Positions 1-6,164 of a stretch of DNA of 11,893 bases are shown piece after piece. The stretch comes from an archaeon (lineage in GTDB: Archaea; Undinarchaeota; CAZHTU01; JBDRCC01): NCBI GenBank assembly GCA_043822065.1, contig JBDRCC010000018.1, positions 1 through 11,893 of the forward strand. The letters are read 5' to 3'. The notes under the pieces were generated by a model that was not told where the DNA came from, made no database searches, and was given only the letters and a program-made list of their open reading frames with translations. Made by a program: the position numbers and the translations under genes. How positions within the stretch are numbered: the stretch's first letter is position 1; the number at the start of each line of letters is the position of its first letter.

Positions 1-537
1 CACCTTTATGCCAAACTGCTGGAGTGCGAGCGCGATTTCCTGCCGGATCGCGGATGCCAGGTCCCGCGGGGCGTAGTCGAAGTATCCAGCAACGTCCTGC
101 GGAAGCGGCTTCGGGACGCCGCCGTCAAGCTTGAAGAGGAAAAACTCAAGCTCGGGGCCGGTGTTGAATGTGTAGCCCATTTTTTCGGCTTCCGCCATTG
201 TGCGCTTCAGAATGTGCCTGGGGTCGCCTTCGAATGGCTTCCGGTCAGGCATGTAGACATCGCAGATGACCCGCGCAGTCTTTGGATGGTTAATCCAGGG
301 TATGACTGCATAGGTCTCAGGGTCGGGCATGAGATACATGTCGCTCTCGTGTATTCTAGCAAACCCCTCTATCGAGGAGCCGTCGAACCAGGTCCCGTCC
401 TTGAGCGAGCCCTCGAGCTGGTCCGCAGGGATTGTGAGGTTTTTTATCGTCCCATAGATGTCGATAAACTGCAGGTTGACAAATTGCACACCGGAAGAAC
501 TCACAGACTGTATGGCCTTCTCTTTCGCACTAACCAT
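1..537 (-). CDS. glnA: Glutamine synthetase type I (N-terminal part; runs off the window edge)
   Basis: Not in the ORF track. Manual translation from ATG at 537: MVSAKEKAIQSVSSSGVQFVNLQFIDIYGTIKNLTIP...WFDGSSIEGFARIHESDMYLMPDP...ICDVY...PFEGDPRHILKR...GPELEFFLF...GYFDYAP; open to base 1. FDGSS, ESDM and GPELEFFLF are GSI motifs; the GSI-beta insertion is absent (GSI-alpha-like). Confidence 0.96.
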   Translation of the reverse strand, partial: MVSAKEKAIQSVSSSGVQFVNLQFIDIYGTIKNLTIPADQLEGSLKDGTWFDGSSIEGFARIHESDMYLMPDPETYAVIPWINHPKTARVICDVYMPDRKPFEGDPRHILKRTMAEAEKMGYTFNTGPELEFFLFKLDGGVPKPLPQDVAGYFDYAPRDLASAIRQEIALALQQFGIKV

Positions 538-541
538 TTTG

Positions 542-547
542 ACCTCC
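542..547 (-). promoter_or_regulatory. Shine-Dalgarno site of glnA (GGAGGT)
   Basis: Minus strand reads TTGGAGGTCAAAATG, with GGAGGT 4 nt before the ATG. Confidence 0.75.
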
Positions 548-587
548 AACTGGTAACTTAAGGGTAACAGAAGAAGAATGGTTGAGC

Positions 588-602
588 GGTATTAATACCT
601 TT
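588..602 (-). promoter_or_regulatory. Candidate BRE/TATA promoter for glnA inside a 12-bp palindrome
   Basis: Minus strand AAAGG-TATTAATA; GGTATTAATACC (588-599) is a perfect palindrome in the 65-bp gatE-glnA gap. Confidence 0.45.
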
Positions 603-2450
603 CTATCCGAGCTGCTTCTTGAGCTCTTCCGCGATTAGCTTGCCGTCGATTCTGCCGCGGACTTCCTTCATGACGAGGCCCATCAGCGGCTGGAAGGCGC
701 GGCTGCCCTGGGACTTAACAAAGCCTGACTTTTCTTTCAGGACCTTTGAGACGACCTTGCTGAGCTCTTCCCTGGTCATGCCCCCGCCAAGCGAGGGAAG
801 GACCTGCTCTAGGGTTTTCCCTGAAGCAAGGGCGGACAGGACAGTTTTTACGCCTTCTTTTGAGATTATGCCTTTGGCAAGCACATCAAAAACCGAAAAA
901 AGGTCCTCGTCGGGAAGGGAATCGACGTTGAACCCTTCGCGCCGCAGGGCAGGCAGCTCTGAGACCAGTGTGTTGGCTACGACAGTTGGCTGGAGCTTTA
1001 GCTCGCCGACCACTTTCTCAAACAGTATTGAGTAGCCCTCGCCTATAACCTCCATTGCCATCTGCTTCGGAAGCTTGTACTGGCTTTGGAACCTTACGAG
1101 CTTCTTGTCGATTACCTCTGGCAGGCTGGCTTTTATGTCAGTTAGCATGTGGTCGGTCACCTGAACAGGAGGGACGTCTGTTTCAGGGTACATCCTTGAC
1201 GCACCTGGCAGGGGGCGCAGATAAGTGGTTGTGCCATCATCCTTCGCCTGGCGGGTCTCTTCCGGCACGCCCTCGATTGCGAGCTCAGCACGCCGTGATG
1301 CCTCGAGGAGCCCGTTGCGGACCTTGCTTACAGGACCGGCGGCGATTGCAAATGACTCGCCAAGCTCTTTTTTTATGCCGGCGACTTCAGAATCAGTGAT
1401 GCCGTAACCAGGAAGCTCGTCTGAGTGGAATATCCCTGCGAGGTATGGCTTTGCATAGTCTGCGAGCTCGGTGCCAAGCCTGCGGTTTGGCTGGACCTCC
1501 TTCCCAAGAAGGCCTGCGAAGCCGGGAAGCGGGACGCCCATGACTATTCCGCCTTTTTCCAGCGCGCCCTTGATTACCTTTGACTCTGATTTTTTGAGTG
1601 TGTCTGAGACGTCCTTGAGCTCGCCGACCTTAGCTTTTTTCTTCTTGAGCTCCTTGGAAATCTCAACGAGCGCAATCTGCCTTTGCGCTTCGAGCTCCAC
1701 AAGCAGGGGTATTGAATCCAGCTCCTGGACACCCTTTATCTCAACCCGTGCACCGTCGCGGGTCGAGATGTTCACGTCCTGGCGGATTGTGCCAAGCCCG
1801 CGCCGTACTTTCAGGCTCCTGAGGAAAGAGCCTATCTTGTAAGCCGCCTCGCGCACCTGGTTCGGGGTCTTCATCTGGGGCGCGGTGGCGAGCTCTATGA
1901 GCGGGATGCCGAGGCGGTCAAGGTTGAAGGTGTTCTTTCCCTCCTCCTTGGAGATTATTCTTGCCGAGTCCTCCTCAAGGCAGATAGCGGGTATCAGCAC
2001 GGGGCCCTCCGGCGTTTCAACCACGCCGTCAGTGGACACGAGGCAGGTGCGCTGGAAGCCGCTGGTGTTTGAGCCGTCGATGACAGTCTTCCGCATGATA
2101 TGAACTTCGTTGACAAGCTTCGCCTTGAGAAGCAGGGAGAGCTGGAGGGAAATCTTCAACGCCTCGGAATTGAGCGGGTGGGGCGGTTCCTCGTCAAGCT
2201 CGACTAGGCAGGCGGTGTCCGGCTCGAAGAGGTATTCGAATACCATCTCTTTTTTTGTCTCGTGGAGTGCAGCCTGGTCGTACTCGCCCATCTCAGAGGC
2301 TGCGACGCGCATCTTTCTTATTACTGAGAACTGCGGCTCTGAGTTCAATATCTTTGAGTGGCAGTCGCAGAACAGCTTTCTGGTATCGAGCTGCTGGTGT
2401 ATCTCTATTCCTGCCTTCAGCCCGATTTTGACGTAATCCATCTGTGCCAT
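603..2450 (-). CDS. gatE: Glu-tRNA(Gln) amidotransferase subunit E
   Basis: 615 aa; GLKAGIEIHQQL..KLFC, CLVELDEEPP, MRKTVIDGSNTSGFQRT, LEEDSAR, DRLGIPLIE, RGLGTIRQDVN, RPLPGASRMYPETD; AspRS-like insertion (GIFHSDELPGYGI) and Yqey-like C-terminus; adjacent to gatD. Confidence 0.98.
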   Translation of the reverse strand: MAQMDYVKIGLKAGIEIHQQLDTRKLFCDCHSKILNSEPQFSVIRKMRVAASEMGEYDQAALHETKKEMVFEYLFEPDTACLVELDEEPPHPLNSEALKISLQLSLLLKAKLVNEVHIMRKTVIDGSNTSGFQRTCLVSTDGVVETPEGPVLIPAICLEEDSARIISKEEGKNTFNLDRLGIPLIELATAPQMKTPNQVREAAYKIGSFLRSLKVRRGLGTIRQDVNISTRDGARVEIKGVQELDSIPLLVELEAQRQIALVEISKELKKKKAKVGELKDVSDTLKKSESKVIKGALEKGGIVMGVPLPGFAGLLGKEVQPNRRLGTELADYAKPYLAGIFHSDELPGYGITDSEVAGIKKELGESFAIAAGPVSKVRNGLLEASRRAELAIEGVPEETRQAKDDGTTTYLRPLPGASRMYPETDVPPVQVTDHMLTDIKASLPEVIDKKLVRFQSQYKLPKQMAMEVIGEGYSILFEKVVGELKLQPTVVANTLVSELPALRREGFNVDSLPDEDLFSVFDVLAKGIISKEGVKTVLSALASGKTLEQVLPSLGGGMTREELSKVVSKVLKEKSGFVKSQGSRAFQPLMGLVMKEVRGRIDGKLIAEELKKQLG

Positions 2451-3799
2451 TATAACAGAAATGTCCTGTTGTCTGTCTTTTCAGTCAGTTCACCTGAATA
2501 GTTGGTAAGCATTATTTTCTTGGCCTCTTCCTGCGTTTTTGCCTGGGGCAGCGCCCATCCTAGCTTTACATAGGCAGTTTCAGGGAGCATGTCACCAAGC
2601 GGCACGACCCCTATAGACTGCAGGTCCCTTGCAGGCGAATATACATTCATCTGGACCCTGCCGTAGATGCACTGCGAAGCCATCCCAACAAAGCCCCCTG
2701 AGTCGATGAATTCTCGTATATTCTCGAAAAGCTCGGCGTTCTTTGTCGTATGCTCGTCTATCTTTGTGATGGGCAGCTGCCCTAAGCCGGTCCCTTCAAA
2801 GATTATACCCTTGTAGCCAAGTTTTGACAAATTGGAGATGCACGCCGGGTCAAAGCCAGGGTAGGATTTTATGAGGGCGACTTTCTCCTCGAATTTGTCC
2901 TTTGTGTCCACTTTTCGATTTTTGTCCCTTTTCTGGTAGTCGCTGCGGAGGAACTCTATCTTTCCGTCAGGCCAGACCTTTGCGAAAGGCCTCTGGTTCA
3001 CTGAGCGGAACGCATCCCGCCTTGAGGTGTGGAGCTTGCGGACTTTAGTCCCTTCGTGGATGTAGCAGTACTCGTCTGACTCGTTGGCGTGCATGCAAAC
3101 GACGACCCCTGCAAAGTCGGCTTTTGCTGCGAAATGCGCCGCGCAGATGAGATTTTGGGCGGCATCGGACGAGCCGCGGTCAGATGATCTTTGGGACCCG
3201 ACGAGGACGACAGGGACGGGCAGGAAACGCAGGGCGAATGCGAGGGCGGCGGAGGTGAAGTGAAGTGTGTCAGTGCCATGAGGCACGACTACTCCGTCGA
3301 CGTTTTTTGAGAGCTCCTTGCAGATCTCCTTAGCCATTAAGGTATAGTGGATTGGCCGGATATTCTCTGAAAACACGTTTAGGGGGGCCCGAGCATCTAT
3401 ATTGGCGATTTCATTAAGCTCGGGGACCATGCTGACCAAGTCCTCCGGCGTGAATTGGGGGAGTACGCCGCCAGTCCTGTAATCTACCTTTGAGGCAATT
3501 GTTCCCCCCATGTGGAGGATGCTGATGGTTGGCTTTTTAGGGTCTTTCTGGAGCTCTATCCGGGAGGATTTCTTCAAGAGCTTAGACTCCAGCTTTTCAA
3601 TCTTTTCGTTTCCGCTTATCTCGATGCCCCGGTTATACCCGCTTTTGAGCTTTAGGACTATGTGGGCGTCGTCGCTGAGCTCTGTCCGCGGCATTATGAT
3701 GCCTTCGTAGGCGTCCTTCCCGGACTTTAGGAGTATTTTGTCCCCCACTGAAACCTTGTATTTTTCAAGAATTTTCTTTGACAAGCCAGCGTAAGCCAT
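2450..3799 (-). CDS. gatD: Glu-tRNA(Gln) amidotransferase subunit D (asparaginase-like glutaminase)
   Basis: KLKSGYNRG N-terminal domain, GGTIASKVDYRTG, HGTDT, GSQRSSDRGSSD, VRKLHTSRRDAF, GTGLG, DMLPETAYVKL. Start placed at ATG 3799 (449 aa) rather than TTG 3853. The stop overlaps the gatE start (TAATG). Confidence 0.97.
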   Translation of the reverse strand: MAYAGLSKKILEKYKVSVGDKILLKSGKDAYEGIIMPRTELSDDAHIVLKLKSGYNRGIEISGNEKIEKLESKLLKKSSRIELQKDPKKPTISILHMGGTIASKVDYRTGGVLPQFTPEDLVSMVPELNEIANIDARAPLNVFSENIRPIHYTLMAKEICKELSKNVDGVVVPHGTDTLHFTSAALAFALRFLPVPVVLVGSQRSSDRGSSDAAQNLICAAHFAAKADFAGVVVCMHANESDEYCYIHEGTKVRKLHTSRRDAFRSVNQRPFAKVWPDGKIEFLRSDYQKRDKNRKVDTKDKFEEKVALIKSYPGFDPACISNLSKLGYKGIIFEGTGLGQLPITKIDEHTTKNAELFENIREFIDSGGFVGMASQCIYGRVQMNVYSPARDLQSIGVVPLGDMLPETAYVKLGWALPQAKTQEEAKKIMLTNYSGELTEKTDNRTFLL

Positions 3800-3822
3800 G
3801 GTGAAACCAAAGCTCAGGTGAG

Positions 3823-3829
3823 TAATAAA
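3823..3829 (-). promoter_or_regulatory. Candidate TATA box for a near-leaderless gatD transcript
   Basis: Minus-strand TTTATTA 24-30 nt upstream of ATG 3799; no SD before gatD. Confidence 0.5.
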
Positions 3830-3830
3830 G

Positions 3831-3854
3831 CTTGTGGAAAAAGTTTTCCACAAG
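3831..3854. promoter_or_regulatory. Perfect inverted repeat, probable operator (core GGAA-N6-TTCC)
   Basis: CTTGTGGAAAA-AG-TTTTCCACAAG, with 11-bp perfect arms; GGAA 3836-3839, TTCC 3846-3849. An extra half-site TGGAAAAA lies at 3876-3883. Confidence 0.7.
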
Positions 3855-3906
3855 AAATATAGGTTATATATTTTCTGGAAAAATTACGAAAAAAGGCGCA
3901 AAATGT

Positions 3907-3922
3907 GAGAAATGTTTAAATA
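3907..3922 (+). promoter_or_regulatory. Candidate distal BRE/TATA promoter of ftsZ
   Basis: GAGAAATG-TTTAAATA (TATA 3915-3922); predicts a start near 3944, about 177 nt before the ftsZ ATG. Confidence 0.55.
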
Positions 3923-3944
3923 GTACTTCCCGTATTGAGATAAG

Positions 3945-4070
3945 TGCCCAAGAATAATCCGAACTTTGCCCAAAGTTTGGTTATTTCGAACGTGTATTGA
4001 AACATCATAGCCCTTGAAGATTTTTGCCCAATCCAATCAAAGGACTAATCAATTTCTATTTGCCCAAGAA
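3945..4070 (+). repeat. Four direct copies of TGCCCAA upstream of ftsZ
   Basis: TGCCCAA at 3945, 3967, 4025 and 4061; copies 2-4 are TTTGCCCAA; copies 1 and 4 are TGCCCAAGAA. Confidence 0.85.
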
Positions 4071-4086
4071 AGAAATGACACACCAG

Positions 4087-4113
4087 TATATAAATCTAAC
4101 GGTGGGGGAGTGA
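4087..4113 (+). promoter_or_regulatory. Proximal TATA-like box and SD-like site of ftsZ
   Basis: TATATAAA at 4087-4094; GGGGAGTGA at 4105-4113, 7 nt before ATG 4121. Confidence 0.5.
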
Positions 4114-4120
4114 AGAAAAA

Positions 4121-5356
4121 ATGAGCTTTGCATCGTTCCTAGAAAGGGTATCGGATGAAGTTGAGGCACCGCCTCATCTTAGTCCGCAACAGCCTGTTTC
4201 TGAGCCGTCGCACGAGACGGCTGAGAGGAGGCCAGAATCCACGCAGCCGAAACCGCATGTCGAATTTAAATCTGAGGACAATTTTGACGGTTTTGAAACG
4301 CCCGACGCAAGGATAGTAATAGTCGGGGTTGGCGGCGCTGGAAACAACACCGTGACGCGGCTCGTCAATATGGGCGGGGCTCACGGCGCAGAAACTGCCA
4401 TACTCAACACTGACAAGCAGCACCTTAAGGTCTCAAAGGCTGACAAAAAGCTCCTTATCGGCTACGAGCTGACAAAGGGCCTTGGCGCCGGCGGATTCCC
4501 GAAAATAGGCAGGGAAGCTGCCCTTGAGAGCAAGGATGAAATACGGGACCTAGTAAGGAACGCAAACCTCTGCTTCCTGTCAACCGGACTTGGCGGGGGC
4601 ACGGGCACGGGAGCCGTGTCAGTCGTCGCGGAGCTTGCCAAGAAAGAGGGTGCGATAGTAATTGCAGTCTGCACCATGCCTTTCAACATGGAAAAAGCCA
4701 GAATCGAGAAAGCTGAGGAAGGCCTTATCCAGCTGAGGGAGCTGGCAGACACAGTAATAGTCATAGACAACAACAAGCTGGTCGAATACGTCCCGGACCT
4801 GCCCCTGAACAAGGCATTCGCCGTGGCGGACGAGCTGATTGCAACTATGATTCGGGGGATATCTGAGACGATAACCAAACCGTCTCTCGTAAACCTCGAT
4901 TTCGCCGACATAAAGGCGACCATGAGCAACGGCGGCGTTGCCATGATTGGAGTAGGAGAATCAAACACCAAAAACAGAGCTGAAGAAGCTGTGCAGGACG
5001 CATTGCGCCACCCGCTCCTGGACGTGGACTTTAAGGGCGCCACTGGCGCGCTTATCCACATAACGGGTGGAGAAGACCTAAGCCTGTCGGAGGCCACAAA
5101 AGTAGGTGAGATGGTTTCCAACCACTTAGACCCGCATGCGCAAGTAATATGGGGAGCAAGGATTGACCCAGGCTATACCGGGAAACTGCAAGTGATGTGC
5201 ATCCTGACCGGAGTAAAATCCCCGCAGATACTGGGCAGGCTGCCAATGGGCACGGCACGCAGCGTAGCGATGCGCAGTGAAGAGCTGCCGCTGACGCCGT
5301 ATGTCCCGCGGAAACCGCCACTGCTCAGGGAGATGAACATAGACTACATCTACTAA
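4121..5356 (+). CDS. ftsZ: Cell division protein FtsZ, archaeal FtsZ2-type
   Basis: VGVGGAGNN, NTDKQHL, GLGAGG, tubulin signature GGGTGTG, T7 loop NLDFAD, VIWGA. RIVIVG, KAEEGL, ISETITxPSLxNLD and HPLLDVD resemble haloarchaeal FtsZ2 as I recall it (paralog call less certain than family call). C-terminal NIDYIY resembles the archaeal GID-type tail. Confidence 0.97.
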   Translation: MSFASFLERVSDEVEAPPHLSPQQPVSEPSHETAERRPESTQPKPHVEFKSEDNFDGFETPDARIVIVGVGGAGNNTVTRLVNMGGAHGAETAILNTDKQHLKVSKADKKLLIGYELTKGLGAGGFPKIGREAALESKDEIRDLVRNANLCFLSTGLGGGTGTGAVSVVAELAKKEGAIVIAVCTMPFNMEKARIEKAEEGLIQLRELADTVIVIDNNKLVEYVPDLPLNKAFAVADELIATMIRGISETITKPSLVNLDFADIKATMSNGGVAMIGVGESNTKNRAEEAVQDALRHPLLDVDFKGATGALIHITGGEDLSLSEATKVGEMVSNHLDPHAQVIWGARIDPGYTGKLQVMCILTGVKSPQILGRLPMGTARSVAMRSEELPLTPYVPRKPPLLREMNIDYIY

Positions 5357-5600
5357 ACCAACACCAACAAACCCGAACTGGGCCGTCCGGAAGGGCGGCC
5401 CTCACACTCCCCGAGAGGAAATAACGCTATAACAACAAACCAACAAACCCCAAAAAACAAAACCAACCCCCTGGGCTGCCTTAACTGGCAGCCCTTCATA
5501 GTCCTTATTTCATAAGGACGCGCACCAACCAACCCCAATATATAACCCCTAAAAACCTCCTGCCTTCTGATTTTCGGGGGGCTTCGGCCCCCTGGAATCC
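5357..5600 (+). ncRNA. Putative structured 3' UTR / small RNA: four hairpins separated by A/C-only linkers
   Basis: Hairpins at 5380-5401 (9 bp, one G-U, GGAA loop), 5473-5494 (8 bp), 5501-5519 (8 bp) and 5569-5599 (cUUCGg loop, G-U pairs). A/C-only runs at 5355-5374, 5431-5471 and 5523-5538. The tetraloops and G-U pairs work on the + strand. Confidence 0.5.
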
Positions 5601-5646
5601 AAAAAGCCCACGGCTAAGTCTGCTTGTCTAATTCGCTAAGTAAAGT

Positions 5647-6114
5647 CTATCTTTCGCGCTTTTCCCACTCGATAACTTCGCCCTTCTCGTCAAGGGTTAC
5701 TGAGTGGATGACGCCTCTGTCCTTGAACTCGAAATAGTAGCCGCCGGCATCGCGCTTCATGGCTTTTATCGGCTCGATGTTGTTCGGAAGCAGCGCGTGG
5801 GTGATTAGGTACTTCTTTGCGATTGAGGTTGCATGCGGAAGGTTTAGTGTGACGGATTTCGCGGAGAACTGGTAGTCCTCATCTTCCTTTTCCGCCTGCG
5901 CGCCAAAGCCGGAGAGCGCAGAGAATGACGTTGCAGCTACCTCTTTTTGCGCTTCGACTGATGAGTAGTCAAGCTCGTGGATGTCCTCCTTGCGGAGCTT
6001 GGCGCCCTTTTGAGGGGCTGGCGGCTTTTTTCCTGACGTAGCGTATGGGTCGCGGAACGGCCCTTCGGTCAGCTCCTCTTTTTTCTTGAAGTGCTTTAAG
6101 ATGTCAAATTTCAT
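5647..6114 (-). CDS. Hypothetical protein, 155 aa (amphipathic N-terminus, low-complexity linker, small alpha/beta PepSY-like C-terminal domain)
   Basis: C-terminal part of the 414-aa track ORF, from MKFDILKHF (ATG 6114). It fills the gap after the permease stop and has a TATA box at the usual distance. The fold guess is by eye. Confidence 0.8.
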   Translation of the reverse strand: MKFDILKHFKKKEELTEGPFRDPYATSGKKPPAPQKGAKLRKEDIHELDYSSVEAQKEVAATSFSALSGFGAQAEKEDEDYQFSAKSVTLNLPHATSIAKKYLITHALLPNNIEPIKAMKRDAGGYYFEFKDRGVIHSVTLDEKGEVIEWEKRER

Positions 6115-6137
6115 GCCTGTAGTAAATGGGGGACGGG

Positions 6138-6152
6138 TATATATTTCTTTCC
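6138..6152 (-). promoter_or_regulatory. Candidate BRE/TATA for the 155-aa gene
   Basis: Minus strand GGAAAGAAATATATA, with the TATA about 24-30 nt upstream of ATG 6114. Confidence 0.55.
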
Positions 6153-6164
6153 AAGGCGGCTGAG

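Noticed and set aside
214-561. 115-aa + strand ORF
   Set aside because: Antisense shadow of glnA; no motifs.
619-3710. Multiple short ORFs antisense to or in alternate frames of gatE/gatD (likewise within ftsZ, the ABC genes, rfc, uppS and GGR)
   Set aside because: Ser/Pro/Arg-rich shadow frames fully overlapping well-supported genes.
3833-3852. Palindrome arms match the DnaA box TTWTNCACA (a near match also at 10409-10417) and resemble the GTGGAAA part of archaeal ORBs
   Set aside because: Archaeal context with no dnaA or orc1/cdc6 in the window, too few boxes and no full ORB with G-string, so an origin is not supported.
3800-3853. 18-aa TTG-initiated N-terminal extension of GatD in the ORF track
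   Set aside because: It runs through the TATA box and palindrome; GatD similarity begins at ATG 3799.
3945-4070. TGCCCAA array as a mini-CRISPR
   Set aside because: Repeats are only 7-10 nt with irregular spacing (22, 58, 36 bp); no cas genes.
5380-5401. CCGGAAGGG resembles SRP RNA helix 8
   Set aside because: It lacks the CAGG/AGCA internal loop and the long paired SRP body; no tRNA or RNase P signatures either.
5353-5538. 61-aa minus-strand TTG ORF with AGGAGGT upstream
   Set aside because: The SD is about 16 nt away, and the G/V/L/F composition simply reflects the A/C tracts; the hairpin features favour a + strand RNA.
5613-5641. GCTAAGT twice, 22 bp apart
   Set aside because: Short, located between convergent 3' ends, no other support.
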